NCBI GenBank assembly: GCA_012514445.1
Contig: JAAZAI010000037.1
Span: 1-27,936, forward strand
From: Lentisphaerota bacterium
GTDB lineage: Bacteria > Verrucomicrobiota > Kiritimatiellia > RFP12 > UBA3636
Direction: 5' to 3'
DNA length: 27,936 nucleotides
The stretch's first letter is position 1. Every line of letters starts with the position of its first letter. This document shows, one piece after another, positions 1 to 9,984 of this stretch. A model generated the notes under the pieces. It made no database searches. It saw only the letters and a list, made by a program, of their open reading frames with translations, and was not told the origin of the DNA. The translations under genes and the position numbers were made by a program.

Positions 1-80
1 CTTCGCAATTTCCCTTCGCCTTGTTTCGTCCGTCGTGCGCTCCGCGCATGGGCGGCAATCGATCTTCAGGACTGTCACCG

Positions 81-110
81 ACTATAGCCCCCGCTTCGTC
101 AATTCGTCAA
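81..110 (-). promoter_or_regulatory. sigma70-type promoter pointing off the left edge
   Basis: Minus strand TTGACG-N18-TATAGT, downstream of the ptsP stop. Confidence 0.6.
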
Positions 111-199
111 GCGGAAGTTTCATTTGGAGGGTAATGACATCCGCAGGTGCGCGCGAAGCGGCGCTTCGGCTTGGCTGGAGCCTCCGCTGTTGCGGTGCG

Positions 200-2494
200 C
201 TAGCCGAACACGTCTGTTTCGAAGGCGTCGATGACGCCCTCGATGTCGGCGATGTAGTCGCAGGCGAGCAGGTCGCGGGCGTACTGTTCGCACTGCGCCA
301 CGGTGAAGCGGGAGATGAGCTGCTGCGCGGTCGGAATGTGGCTGGGTTCGAGGCTGAGCGTGCGCAGTCCGATGCCGACGAGGAAGGGGATGTAGCGCGG
401 CTCGCGGCCCATTTCGCCGCAGATGGAGACCGGCTTGCCGTGGCGGATGGCGGCCGCGGCGATGAGCTTGAGCGCGCGCAGCACGGCGGGGTGGTGGGTC
501 ACGGAGAGCTCGCTGACGTTCGGATTGCCCCGGTCCACGGCGAGCATGTACTGCACGAAGTCGTTCGTCCCGATCGAGAAGAAATCCGAGATCTCGGCGA
601 GCCGGTCGATGATGCCGACGACGGAGGGGATCTCGATCATCGTCCCGATCTTCGGCGCGATCACTTCGACGTCGCCCAGCTCGGCGTGCACGCTCTCGAT
701 GCAGGAGGCGACGTGGGCCTTGGCGGCTTCGAACTCCTCAAGCGAGGAGACCATGGGGAACATGATGGAGACGTCGCGCCGTCGGTGCTTCTGGATGGCG
801 CGCAGGATCGCGCGGAGCTGCTGGTCGAGGATGTACGGGTACTTGAGCGAGAAGCGGATGGAGCGCAGACCGAGCGCCGGATTCTCCTCCTGCGTCTTGA
901 AGAGGTAGGGGATGACCTTGTCGCCGCCGGCGTCGAGCGTGCGGAAGACGACGGGCTTGTCGGGCATGCGCTCGAGGATGCGCGAGTAGATGGCCTGCTG
1001 GTCCGCTTCGCCCGGCAGCGTCTGCCGCATGATGAACGGGAACTCGGTGCGGTACAGGCCGATGCCCTCGGCCTTCGCGTCGATCGCGCCGGCGATGTCG
1101 GCGATGATGTTGATGTTGGCGAGCAGCGTGATCCGGACGCCGTCCTGGGTGTGCGTCTGGTTCTGGATGCTGACGCCCGCGCGCTCCCCCCGCTCCGCCG
1201 CGAGCCGTTGCTCGTACTGCTTGAGCGTGTCGGCGCCGGGCCTCACGATGAAGCGTCCGTTCGCGCAGTCGATGATGACGAGTTCGCGGTCGGGGAGGGT
1301 GAGCAGATCGCGCTCGGGGACGATCATCATCGGGATCTTGAGCGAGCGCACGAGCAGCGTGACATGGGCGGTGCTGCCGCCGGAGACGAGGACGATGCCG
1401 CAGACGTTGCCCTGCGCGATGCGCAGCACGTCGTAGGGGAGCAGGCGCTCGGCGATCACGATGTGAGGCGCGGCGTCGCTGTTGTCGTCCGGCGAGGCCT
1501 GCGTGGCGCATTCGAGCAGGCGCACGGCGAGGTCCTCGACGTCCTGGGCCTTCTCCTTGATGTACTCCGTGTTGCTCTGGCGGAAGAACGCGATGAATTC
1601 GCGGCTGACGGAGCAGATGGCCTCGGCGACGGGGGTTCCGTCGGCGACGAGCTTCTCCATGCGGCCGATGAAGTTCTCGTCGTGGAGCATCATCGTCGTG
1701 GACTCGAAGAGCATCGAGGCGGCCTCGGGGAGCCGTTCGTCGAGCGTCTTCGAGATGGCGGCCATGCGCTTCTCGACGAGGGCGACGGTTTCGGGCAGGG
1801 AGCGCCGCGCCTCGGGGTAGGCGGCGACCTTCTCCGCGAGCAGGTCGCAGAGGCCGTTGGCGGAGAAGCGCCGGCATTCCGCCATGGCCCAGCCGTTGGA
1901 GACGGCGTTGCCGTTGAAGACGGTCTCCGCGCCGGTGAAGAACTTCCCGGGCTCGCTGTGGCGGCCGGCGGCGCCGCCGGCGATGAGCAGCGCGTTGGCG
2001 TTCTGGATCGCCGCGGCCAGCTCGGCGGCCTTGAGGCGCGCGGAGCTGATCTCCTCGGCCTGGAAGGGCGTGCCGCTCTTGCGCTGCATCGAGACGACGC
2101 CGATGCGCTCCTTGCCGCTGAGAAGCGGAATCGCGAGAAAGGTCTGCAGATGGTCGTCCGGGAAGTTGTGGTGCCGGATGTAGCCGGGCATCGTCGCCGC
2201 CGCCTCGGTGTAGATCGCGCGGCGCTCGGCGAGCGCGCGGCCGACGAGGCCCTCGCCGAGCTTCAGGACGATGGAGGCCTTGCCGAACATCTCGTAGCCG
2301 CGCGCCGCGCGCAGCGCCAGTTCGCGCGTCTCGTCGTCGTAGAGGTAGAGACCGCAGCGGTCGCAGCCGAACGATTCGTGGAAGGTGCCCGCCGCCTGGT
2401 CCAGAAACTGCCGCTTGGCATCCGGAGGCAAGGCTCCGCCTTCCGCGCCGGGCGCGGGGGCGGGCGATGTTGCTGGAGCGGCGGTCTTGTTCAT
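200..2494 (-). CDS. ptsP: GAF-domain phosphoenolpyruvate-protein phosphotransferase (EI-Ntr-like), 764 aa
   Basis: Start trimmed to MNKTAA (the ORF track runs upstream through the GT2 in another frame). N-terminal GAF (LYLYD..LKLGEGLVG..FLAIPL), phospho-His motif GGSTAH, LYRTEF, RTLDAGGDK, GTMIEIP, SIGTNDF, CGEM. Confidence 0.92.
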   Translation of the reverse strand: MNKTAAPATSPAPAPGAEGGALPPDAKRQFLDQAAGTFHESFGCDRCGLYLYDDETRELALRAARGYEMFGKASIVLKLGEGLVGRALAERRAIYTEAAATMPGYIRHHNFPDDHLQTFLAIPLLSGKERIGVVSMQRKSGTPFQAEEISSARLKAAELAAAIQNANALLIAGGAAGRHSEPGKFFTGAETVFNGNAVSNGWAMAECRRFSANGLCDLLAEKVAAYPEARRSLPETVALVEKRMAAISKTLDERLPEAASMLFESTTMMLHDENFIGRMEKLVADGTPVAEAICSVSREFIAFFRQSNTEYIKEKAQDVEDLAVRLLECATQASPDDNSDAAPHIVIAERLLPYDVLRIAQGNVCGIVLVSGGSTAHVTLLVRSLKIPMMIVPERDLLTLPDRELVIIDCANGRFIVRPGADTLKQYEQRLAAERGERAGVSIQNQTHTQDGVRITLLANINIIADIAGAIDAKAEGIGLYRTEFPFIMRQTLPGEADQQAIYSRILERMPDKPVVFRTLDAGGDKVIPYLFKTQEENPALGLRSIRFSLKYPYILDQQLRAILRAIQKHRRRDVSIMFPMVSSLEEFEAAKAHVASCIESVHAELGDVEVIAPKIGTMIEIPSVVGIIDRLAEISDFFSIGTNDFVQYMLAVDRGNPNVSELSVTHHPAVLRALKLIAAAAIRHGKPVSICGEMGREPRYIPFLVGIGLRTLSLEPSHIPTAQQLISRFTVAQCEQYARDLLACDYIADIEGVIDAFETDVFG

Positions 2495-2526
2495 GGTGTA
2501 AGGACGTGTCGGGGGCGACGCGGAGA

Positions 2527-3519
2527 TCAGGCGAACTCGGGCGACCGGGCGACTTCGCGGATGTCGTAGATCGCCTTGTTCTGCGAATCGTGGTAGGTGC
2601 GCGTGGTGAGCTCGGCGAGCAGGCCGAGCACGATGAACTGGAGCGCGAAGCCGAGGAACATCAGCGGGGTGATCACCCAGAACGGACGCTTCACGAGAAG
2701 CATGCCACCCCACCAGGGCGTGCTCATCACGCCGCAGACGGCGAGCAGCGCTTCGAGCCCCACGACGCCGGCCAGCAGCAGCGCGAACGCCGCGAAGTGA
2801 AGGCCGATCTTGCCGAACACCTGGATCGGACGCGTGCTGTACGTGAGCAGGAACTTGACCGTGAGCAGGTCGAGGACGACGCGCAGCGTGCGCGAGATGC
2901 CGTACTTCGAGGTGCCGAACTGCCGGGCGTGGTGGTTGACGGGGATCTCCGTGACGGTGCCGCCGACCCAGCGGCAGAGCGCGGGGATGAAGCGGTGCAT
3001 CTCGCCGTAGAGGCGCACCTGCCCGATGATGTCGCGGCGGTAGGCCTTCAGCGAGCAACCGTAGTCGTGGAGCTGCACGCCCGTGAGCTTGCCGATCAGG
3101 CGGTTGGCCAGCATCGAGGGGAGCTTGCGGTTGATGAATGCGTCCTGCCGGTTCTTGCGCCAGCCGCTGACGACGTCGTACCCCTCGTCGAGCTTCGCGA
3201 GCAGCGCGGGGATGTCCGCGGGGTCGTTCTGGAGGTCGGCGTCGAGCGTGACGAGCACCGCGCCGTCGGACTCGGCGATTCCCGCGCTCATCGCGGCGGT
3301 CTGCCCGTAGTTGCGGCGGAACTTGACGAGCTTGAGGTTCGGGTAGCGATTCGCCTGCTCGTTCATCACCGCCCAGGACTTGTCCGTGCTGCCGTCGTCC
3401 ACGAGGACGATCTCGTAGCTCTTGCCGAGCTTCGAGAGGACGTCGTGGAGCTTGGCGCACAGATGGGGCAGGCTCTCCTCCTCGTTGTAGACGGCGACGG
3501 CGATGCTCAGATCATGCAT
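2527..3519 (-). CDS. GT2 polyprenyl-phosphate glycosyltransferase (ArnC/DPM1-like) with C-terminal TM helices
   Basis: VYNEEES, VDDGSTD, RNYGQTAA, DADLQNDP (DxD), SGWRKNRQD, GEMHRFIP, GTSKYG, two hydrophobic C-terminal segments. Confidence 0.9.
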   Translation of the reverse strand: MHDLSIAVAVYNEEESLPHLCAKLHDVLSKLGKSYEIVLVDDGSTDKSWAVMNEQANRYPNLKLVKFRRNYGQTAAMSAGIAESDGAVLVTLDADLQNDPADIPALLAKLDEGYDVVSGWRKNRQDAFINRKLPSMLANRLIGKLTGVQLHDYGCSLKAYRRDIIGQVRLYGEMHRFIPALCRWVGGTVTEIPVNHHARQFGTSKYGISRTLRVVLDLLTVKFLLTYSTRPIQVFGKIGLHFAAFALLLAGVVGLEALLAVCGVMSTPWWGGMLLVKRPFWVITPLMFLGFALQFIVLGLLAELTTRTYHDSQNKAIYDIREVARSPEFA

Positions 3520-3553
3520 GGGGGTGGATCTCGGCGGGTTGGGCGGAAGGGTC

Positions 3554-5176
3554 TCAGGCGCGGCCGTTGACCTTGCGGTAGCGACGGACGAGCGCGTTGG
3601 TGGAGGCGTCGTGGGCGAGGCGGGGCTTCGCCTCGGCGGTCAGCTCGGGGGCGATGCCGGCGGCGAGGGCCTTGCCGAGCTGCACGCCCCACTGGTCGAA
3701 GGAGTACACGTTCCAGACCACGCCCTGAACGAACACCTTGTGCTCGTAGAGCGCGACGAGCGCGCCCAGGATCGCGGGGGTCAGCTTCTCGGCCAGGATC
3801 GTGTTCGTCGGACGGTCGCCCGTGAACGTCTTGTGCGGCACGAGAGCCTCCGGCACGCCCTCGGCGCGGACCTCCTCCGCCGTCCTGCCGAAGGCGAGCG
3901 CCTCGGTCTGGGCGAAGAAGTTGGCCATGAGGCCGTCGTGGTGCCCGCCGAGGGGGTTGTGCGACTTGCAGAAGCCGATGAAGTCGGCGGGGATCAGCTT
4001 CGTTCCCTGGTGGATGAGCTGGTAGAAGGCGTGCTGGCCGTTCGTGCCCGGCTCGCCCCAGATGACCGGCCCCGTCTCGTAAGCCACGCGGCGACCCTGG
4101 CGGTCGACGCCCTTGCCGTTGCTCTCCATGTCGAGCTGCTGCAGGTAGGCGGGGAAGCGGGCGAGGTACTGGTCGTAGGGGAGCACGGCGTGCGACTGCG
4201 CCCCCGCGAGGTTGTTGTACGCGATGCCGAGCATCGCGAGGATGACGGGCATGTTGCGCTCGAACGGCGCCTCCGCGAAGTGGCGGTCCATCGCGTGGTA
4301 TCCGTCGAGCAGCTCGCCGAAGCGCGCCGGGCCGATGGCGAGCATCAGCGGCAGGCCGATGGCCGAGGGCAGCGAGTAGCGGCCGCCCACCCAGTCCCAG
4401 AAGCCGAACATGTTCGCCGTGTCGATGCCGAACTTGGCGACCTCCTCGGCGTTCGTGGAGACGGCGACGAAGTGGCGCGCGACGGCCTTGGGGCTCTTGA
4501 GCTTCTTGAGCAGCCACGCGCGGGCCGTGCGGGCGTTGAGCATCGTCTCGAGCGTCGTGAACGTCTTCGAGGCGACGATGAACAGCGTCTCCTCGGGATC
4601 CATCCCGAACGTCTCCTCGGCGAAGTGCGTCGCGTCCACGTTCGAGACGAAGGCGAAGCGCAGCTTGCGGTCGGAGAAGGGCTTCAGCGCCTGGTACGCC
4701 ATCGCCGGCCCGAGGTCCGAGCCGCCGATGCCGATGTTGACGATGTTGCGGATGGGCTTGCCGGTGTGGCCCTTCCAGCTCCCGGAGCGAACCTTGCGGG
4801 AGAACGCGGCCATGCGCTTGAGGACGCGGTTGACCTCGGGCATGACGTCCTTGCCGTCGACGAACACGGGCGTGTTGGCGCGGTTTCGCAGCGCGGTGTG
4901 GAGCACGGGGCGGTTTTCGGTGGCGTTGATGCGCTCGCCGGCGAACATCGCCTGGATCTGCTCCTTCAGCCCGCAGGCCCGGGCGACGGCGAAGAGGTCC
5001 TCCATCGTCTTCTTCGAGACGAGGTTCTTGGAAAAATCGAGGAACAAACCTGCGGCTTCGACGGACATCGCCTTGGCGCGGCCGGGGTCGGCTTGGAATG
5101 CCTCGCGAAGCGTGGTTTTGCGGTCTTGTTTGAAGTCGGCGGCGGCCTGCCGCCATGCGGGAAGCTCGGTGAACAT
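3554..5176 (-). CDS. pgi: Glucose-6-phosphate isomerase, 540 aa
   Basis: [80 protein letters not shown]. Start at MFTELP. Confidence 0.97.
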   Translation of the reverse strand: MFTELPAWRQAAADFKQDRKTTLREAFQADPGRAKAMSVEAAGLFLDFSKNLVSKKTMEDLFAVARACGLKEQIQAMFAGERINATENRPVLHTALRNRANTPVFVDGKDVMPEVNRVLKRMAAFSRKVRSGSWKGHTGKPIRNIVNIGIGGSDLGPAMAYQALKPFSDRKLRFAFVSNVDATHFAEETFGMDPEETLFIVASKTFTTLETMLNARTARAWLLKKLKSPKAVARHFVAVSTNAEEVAKFGIDTANMFGFWDWVGGRYSLPSAIGLPLMLAIGPARFGELLDGYHAMDRHFAEAPFERNMPVILAMLGIAYNNLAGAQSHAVLPYDQYLARFPAYLQQLDMESNGKGVDRQGRRVAYETGPVIWGEPGTNGQHAFYQLIHQGTKLIPADFIGFCKSHNPLGGHHDGLMANFFAQTEALAFGRTAEEVRAEGVPEALVPHKTFTGDRPTNTILAEKLTPAILGALVALYEHKVFVQGVVWNVYSFDQWGVQLGKALAAGIAPELTAEAKPRLAHDASTNALVRRYRKVNGRA

Positions 5177-5216
5177 GGGTATCGATCTCTGAGTTGTTGG
5201 GTGTAAAGCGAATGGA

Positions 5217-5245
5217 ATTAAACCAAAACCCCCGCCTGAAATCAA
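5217..5245 (-). promoter_or_regulatory. sigma70-type promoter of pgi
   Basis: TTGATT-N17-TTTAAT with TG at the extended -10 position, about 40 nt upstream of the ATG. Confidence 0.5.
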
Positions 5246-5282
5246 GAAATGACGTCGGGGCATCAGCGGGATCAAGCGGGTT

Positions 5283-5346
5283 GACTAGGCGTATGGGGAC
5301 TACGTGTAAAGGACTAAGTCCCCACGCTTAGTCTCCACGCTTAGTC
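5283..5346. repeat. Tandem plus inverted short repeat between rhlB and pgi
   Basis: CCACGCTTAGTC at 5322-5333 and 5335-5346. GACTAGGCGTATGGGGACT (5283-5301) is an imperfect inverted copy of 5317-5333. Confidence 0.8.
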
Positions 5347-5437
5347 GCAGCCTCGTGGCGCCCATGATCGCGGAAGATCAAAGAAAATTCACACGCAAAT
5401 CTCGGAAGCGCCTCGTTCTTCCACTGGCCCCGAGCGG

Positions 5438-7090
5438 CTAGCGGCGCCCGGGCTTGAGGGTGCTGCGACCGCGGCGGAAGCCCTGGTCGCGGCCTCCGCG
5501 GAAGCCGCCGCGCGCGCCGCCGCCATAGGCGCCGGCTCCGTCGGCGCGCGGCTTGCGCGGGACGATGTGCGAGGCCGCGGGCACGGTCTTGAAGAGGTGC
5601 TCCTCGGGCTGCTGGCAGTGCAGCGTCTCGCCGAGGAGCTTCTCCACCTCGGGGATGATGAACGACTCGTCCTCGCAGGCGAAGGAGATCGCCGTGCCCG
5701 TGGTGCCGGCGCGGCCCGTGCGCCCGATGCGGTGGATGTAGTCGTCGGCCTCGTAGGGGAAGTCGTAGTTGACCACGTAGGCGATGTCGTCGACGTGGAT
5801 GCCGCGGCCCGCGACGTCTGTCGCGACGACGATCTTCGTCTTGCCGGCGCGGAAGTCCTCGAGGATGCGCAGGCGCTTCTTCTGGTCGACGTCGCCGGAG
5901 AGCTGTTCGACGGCGATGTCGTGGCCGGCCAGTTCGCGGCAGAGGTCGTCGCAGTCGCGCTTGCGGTTGCGGAAGATCAGGAAGCGCTTGCCTTCGTTCT
6001 GCTTGAGGGTGTTGTAGAGGACGGTGAACTTCTCGCGCGCGGCGATCGGGTAGACGATCTGGGTGATCGTGTCCACGGTGCCGTGCTCGGCGTCGACGGA
6101 GACCTCGATGGGGTCGGGCATCCACTGCGTGGCGAGGCGCATGACGTCCGGCGTGAGGGTGGCGGAGAAGAGCATTGTCTGGCGCTTGTCCTTGGCCGGG
6201 AGTTCGCGGATGATGCGGCTCACGTCGGGGATGAAGCCCATGTCGAGCATGCGGTCCGCCTCGTCGATGACGAGCGTCTGGACGCCCTTGAGATCGATGG
6301 CGTGGGAGCGGATGAAGTCGATGAGGCGGCCGGGGGTGGCGGCGACGAGGTCGACGGGGCGTTCGGCGAGGCGGTCCTGCTGCGCGGCGTGGTCCATGCC
6401 GCCGTAGACGGCGACGCTGCGCAGGCCGGCGTGCCGGCCGAGTTCGTCGGCGTCCTTGACGATCTGGATGACGAGTTCGCGCGTGGGGGCGATGATGAGC
6501 GCGGTGGGGCGGCCGGGCTTCGACGGGCGCTCGGTCTTGTTTTTGAGCATCCGGTAGATGATGGCGATGAGGAACGCGGCGGTCTTGCCGGTGCCGGTCT
6601 GGGCCTTGCCGGCGACGTTGAACCCTTCCATCGTCTGCACGAGGGTGGCGGCCTGGATGGGGGAGCAGTATTTGAAGCCGGCGTCGTAGACGGCGTGGAG
6701 GATTTCCTCGGGCAGGTCGAAGTCCTGGAAGCGCTTCTTGCCCTCCTGGGGCTCGACGACGAAGACGGCGGGGTCCCAAGGCTCGGCGGGGACGGGCGCG
6801 GGCTTCTGGCGGGGCGGGCGTTCGGGCGACGGACGGCTGCGTTGGGCGTCGTCGCGGGGGCGGGGCTCGCGGCGCGGGGCGCGGGGGGCGTCGGAAGCGG
6901 AGCGGTCGCGACGCGTCGCGGGGGCCGCGGGTTTGCCGGTGCGCGGGGCGCCGGCGGCGGGTCGGTCGCGGCGTTCGTGCCGGCTGGGGGGCTTCGCGGA
7001 GCCGGGATTGGCGGCCGCCGCGGCGGCGGGAGCGGATTTCCCGCCCTTGATGCGGTCGGCGAGGGAGCGGATGAGTTTGAGCAGTGGCAT
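5438..7090 (-). CDS. rhlB: DEAD-box RNA helicase, RhlB-like with long N-terminal extension, 550 aa
   Basis: Q motif GFKYCSPIQ, AQTGTGKT, PTREL, TPGRL, DEAD, SAT, ARGIH, YIHRIGRTGRAG. FVVEPQEGK.RF.DF resembles Pseudomonas RhlB. SD AAGGA upstream of the ATG at 7090. Confidence 0.75.
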   Translation of the reverse strand: MPLLKLIRSLADRIKGGKSAPAAAAAANPGSAKPPSRHERRDRPAAGAPRTGKPAAPATRRDRSASDAPRAPRREPRPRDDAQRSRPSPERPPRQKPAPVPAEPWDPAVFVVEPQEGKKRFQDFDLPEEILHAVYDAGFKYCSPIQAATLVQTMEGFNVAGKAQTGTGKTAAFLIAIIYRMLKNKTERPSKPGRPTALIIAPTRELVIQIVKDADELGRHAGLRSVAVYGGMDHAAQQDRLAERPVDLVAATPGRLIDFIRSHAIDLKGVQTLVIDEADRMLDMGFIPDVSRIIRELPAKDKRQTMLFSATLTPDVMRLATQWMPDPIEVSVDAEHGTVDTITQIVYPIAAREKFTVLYNTLKQNEGKRFLIFRNRKRDCDDLCRELAGHDIAVEQLSGDVDQKKRLRILEDFRAGKTKIVVATDVAGRGIHVDDIAYVVNYDFPYEADDYIHRIGRTGRAGTTGTAISFACEDESFIIPEVEKLLGETLHCQQPEEHLFKTVPAASHIVPRKPRADGAGAYGGGARGGFRGGRDQGFRRGRSTLKPGRR

Positions 7091-7133
7091 GGGTTTCCTT
7101 GTGAGGCGGCCAACGGGGCGCCGCCAAAACCGA

Positions 7134-7161
7134 GCGGGCATCCCGTGTCCAGGATGCCCGC
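7134..7161 (-). terminator. GC-rich hairpin after rpsI (terminator or REP-like)
   Basis: GCGGGCATCC-N8-GGATGCCCGC perfect 10-bp stem followed on the minus strand by TCGGTTTT. Confidence 0.5.
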
Positions 7162-7183
7162 AGGGTGCATGAGCGTGAGACGC

Positions 7184-7576
7184 CTAGCGCTTGGAGAACT
7201 GGAAGCGCGCGCGGGCTCCGGGCTGGCCGGGCTTCTTGCGTTCCTTCATGCGCGAGTCGCGGGTGAGGCACCCGGCCGACTTGAGCGGGGCGCGCAGCGC
7301 CGCGTCCGCCAGGCACAGGGCCCGGGCGATCGCGTGGCGCACGGCGCCGGCCTGGCCGGAGAGACCGCCGCCCTTGACGAACGCGCGGATGTCGTACTTG
7401 TCCTCGACGCCGGCGATCTTCAGGGGCTGGAACATGTAGGTCCGGAGCGCTTCGCTCGGGAAGTAGGCGGCGGTTTCGCGGCGGTTGACCTCGAACTTGC
7501 CTTCGCCGTTGGCGATCTGGACGCGGGCGACCGCGGTCTTGCGCCGTCCGGTCGCGGATGAGATGATGTCTGCCAT
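7184..7576 (-). CDS. rpsI: 30S ribosomal protein S9
   Basis: ATGRRKTAVARV, GGGLSGQAGAVRHAIARAL, LTRDSRMKERKKPG, ends QFSKR. Confidence 0.98.
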   Translation of the reverse strand: MADIISSATGRRKTAVARVQIANGEGKFEVNRRETAAYFPSEALRTYMFQPLKIAGVEDKYDIRAFVKGGGLSGQAGAVRHAIARALCLADAALRAPLKSAGCLTRDSRMKERKKPGQPGARARFQFSKR

Positions 7577-7606
7577 GGTGGATCCTGGTCTTTCGGGTTT
7601 GGGGGA

Positions 7607-8029
7607 TTAGAGGGCCACGGGCTGCTGGGCCGCGTGCGGATGCTCGGGGCCGGCGTAGACCTTGAGGCGGCGCATCATCTCGCGGGCGAGCTTGTTGCCG
7701 GGCAGCATGCCCTCGACCGCCTTCTTGATGATCCAGTCCGGATGCTTCACGCGCATCTTCTCGACGCTGGTCTCGTAGAGGCCGCCGCGCCAGCGGGTGA
7801 AGTTCTGGTAGACCTTGTCCTGCTCCTTGGAGCCGGAGAACTTGATCTTGTCGGCGTTGACGACGACCACGAAGGCGCCGGTGTCGACCCACGGGGTGAA
7901 GGTCGGCTGGTCCTTGCCGCGGAGCGCGTTGGCGATCTGGACGGCCAGGCGGCCGACGATCTGGCCCTCGGCGTCGACCACCAGCCATCTGCGGTTCTCG
8001 CCGGGATCTTTGGGAACGAATGTTTTCAT
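7607..8029 (-). CDS. rplM: 50S ribosomal protein L13
   Basis: MKTF..RRWLVVDAEGQIVGRLA..LRGKDQPTFTPWVDTG..VEGMLP..LKVYAGPEHPHAAQQP. Confidence 0.98.
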   Translation of the reverse strand: MKTFVPKDPGENRRWLVVDAEGQIVGRLAVQIANALRGKDQPTFTPWVDTGAFVVVVNADKIKFSGSKEQDKVYQNFTRWRGGLYETSVEKMRVKHPDWIIKKAVEGMLPGNKLAREMMRRLKVYAGPEHPHAAQQPVAL

Positions 8030-8062
8030 CGGATTGTTGTGCTTGCTTCGAATGGGGTTTTG

Positions 8063-8092
8063 ATTATGCGATAAACGGAAGGGCGGCGTCAA
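8063..8092 (-). promoter_or_regulatory. sigma70-type promoter of rplM-rpsI
   Basis: TTGACG-N18-CATAAT, ending 33 nt upstream of the ATG. Confidence 0.65.
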
Positions 8093-8105
8093 TGCCAAAA
8101 GGAGC

Positions 8106-8948
8106 CTAGACACCGAGCTGGAAGCGGACGTAGCGGCGGATGACGGGGGTGTCGCCCGTCGCCTTGCCGACCTGGTCCATCAGCTTCTGGATCGAGAGCG
8201 CGCTGTCCTTGACGAAGACCTGGTCGACGAGGCAGACCTCGCTGTAGAACTTGTTCACCTTCCCGTCGATGATCTTCTCGAGGATGTTGGCGGGCTTGTT
8301 CTGGTCCTTCATCTGGTTTGCGTAGATCTCGCGCTCGGCGGCGACGACGTCCGCGGGGACTTGCGTGCGGTCGAGCCAGCGGGGGGACGACGCGGCGATC
8401 TGCAGCGTGAGGTCCTTGACCATCTCGACGAACGCCGCGTTCCCGGCCGTCTCGGCCTTCGTGCAGCCGACCTCGACGATGACGCCGACCTTGCCGCCCA
8501 TGTGGATGTAGGAGGCGAGGCGTCCGGCGCCCTGGAGCGCGTAGACGGCGCTGCGGCGGATCTTGAGGTTCTCGCCGATCGCGGAGATCCGCGAGGCGAG
8601 CTCGTCCTTCAACGACTCGGCGACGTTCTCGCCGTCCGCGAGCGCGCGCTCGGCGACGGTGTCGACGAACTTGACGAAGTCCGCGTTGCGGGCGACGAAG
8701 TCGGTTTCGCAGTTGACCTCGACCATGGCGATCTTCGCGCCGTCGGCGGAGGCCTTGGCGGCGATGATGCCCTGGTTGGCGGCCTTCTCGGCGCGCTTGG
8801 CGGCGACGGCGATGCCGAGCTCGCGGAGGAGCTTCACGGCGGCGTCGAGGTCGCCGTCCGTCTGGACGAGGGCCTTCTTGCACTCCATCATGCTCACGCC
8901 GGTCATCCCGCGGAGCTTGTTCACATCCGATGCTGTAATCTGTGCCAT
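8106..8948 (-). CDS. tsf: Elongation factor Ts
   Basis: ITASDVNKLRGMTGVSMMECKKAL, EVNCETDFVARN, SYIHMGGKVGV, IIDGKVNKFYSEVCL, RYVRFQLG. Confidence 0.98.
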   Translation of the reverse strand: MAQITASDVNKLRGMTGVSMMECKKALVQTDGDLDAAVKLLRELGIAVAAKRAEKAANQGIIAAKASADGAKIAMVEVNCETDFVARNADFVKFVDTVAERALADGENVAESLKDELASRISAIGENLKIRRSAVYALQGAGRLASYIHMGGKVGVIVEVGCTKAETAGNAAFVEMVKDLTLQIAASSPRWLDRTQVPADVVAAEREIYANQMKDQNKPANILEKIIDGKVNKFYSEVCLVDQVFVKDSALSIQKLMDQVGKATGDTPVIRRYVRFQLGV

Positions 8949-8982
8949 TTTATACGTGTTTCCTTGAAGTTGGCGGCGCGGG

Positions 8983-9984
8983 CTACTGCGCCGGGGCTTC
9001 CGGGGCGGCTTCCGGGGCGGGGGCCGGCGCTTCGGCGGCGGGGGCTTCGGCGGCCTTCGCGCGGGCGGCGAGGGCCTCGGCGGCGGCGCGGGCCGTGTTG
9101 CGGCGGTTCTCGGACTGGCGGGCGCGCTTGTGCGCCTCGTCGTCGCCCTTGTCCGCGACGGTCGTGCGAGTGCGGGTCGTGCGGCGGGGCTTGTCGAGCG
9201 AATCGCCGGAGGCGTCCGCGGAGGCCCGGGCGGCCACGCGCTCGGCTTCGACGCGGCGCTGCTCTTCGGCGGCCTTGCGCGAATACGAGTCCGCGGCGTC
9301 CTTCGCCACGCGGGCCATGCAGTCCGCGACGAGCTTGATCGAGCGCATCGAATCGTCGTTGCCGGGGATCACGTAGTCCACCAGGTCGGGGTCGCAGTTG
9401 GTGTCGACGATCGCCACGATGGGGATGCCCAGGCGGCGGGCCTCGGCGACGGCGTTGGACTCGCATTGGAGGTCGACGATGAACACGGCGCCGGGAAGCT
9501 GGCTCATGTCGGCGACGCCGGAGAGGTTCCGCTCGAGCTTGTCGAGCTCGCGGCGCATGCTCGACGCCTCCTTCTTGTGGACGGAGAGCACGCCGGTGTT
9601 CTTCTCGGTGGTCTGGAGCTGGCGCATGCGGCGGATGCTCTGGCGGATCGTCTGCGCGTTGGTGAGCGTGCCGCCCAGCCAGCGGGTCGTGACGTTGAAC
9701 ATGCCGCAGGCGTCCGCGGCGGCGCGGACGACTTCCTGCGCCTGCTTCTTGGTCCCGACGAAGAGGATCTTCTTGCCTTCCTCGGCCACGCCCTTGACGA
9801 ACTTGAGGGCTTCCTCGAGCAGGTCGATGCTCTGCGTGATGTCGATGATGTGGATGCCGTTGCGCTTGTCGAAGATGTACTTCTTCATCTTCGGGTTCCA
9901 GCGCTTGGTCTGATGGCCGAAATGCATTCCGGCCGTCATGAGGTCTCGCACGGTGAGACCGGACAGGGAGACGTTTTCTGACAT
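8983..9984 (-). CDS. rpsB: 30S ribosomal protein S2 with long C-terminal tail
   Basis: [52 protein letters not shown] at 9984 has SD AGGTG 7 nt upstream. Confidence 0.98.
   Translation of the reverse strand: MSENVSLSGLTVRDLMTAGMHFGHQTKRWNPKMKKYIFDKRNGIHIIDITQSIDLLEEALKFVKGVAEEGKKILFVGTKKQAQEVVRAAADACGMFNVTTRWLGGTLTNAQTIRQSIRRMRQLQTTEKNTGVLSVHKKEASSMRRELDKLERNLSGVADMSQLPGAVFIVDLQCESNAVAEARRLGIPIVAIVDTNCDPDLVDYVIPGNDDSMRSIKLVADCMARVAKDAADSYSRKAAEEQRRVEAERVAARASADASGDSLDKPRRTTRTRTTVADKGDDEAHKRARQSENRRNTARAAAEALAARAKAAEAPAAEAPAPAPEAAPEAPAQ

Noticed and set aside
35-2569. 844-aa plus-strand ORF and other long antisense or alternate-frame ORFs (e.g. 3503-5206, 5567-7561, 10473-13202)
   Set aside because: Shadow ORFs of high-GC coding DNA overlapping well-identified genes, with no recognisable motifs.
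8082-8097. GG-N10-GC sigma54-like spacing upstream of rplM
   Set aside because: The -12 element is CCGC, and a good sigma70 promoter overlaps and explains the site.
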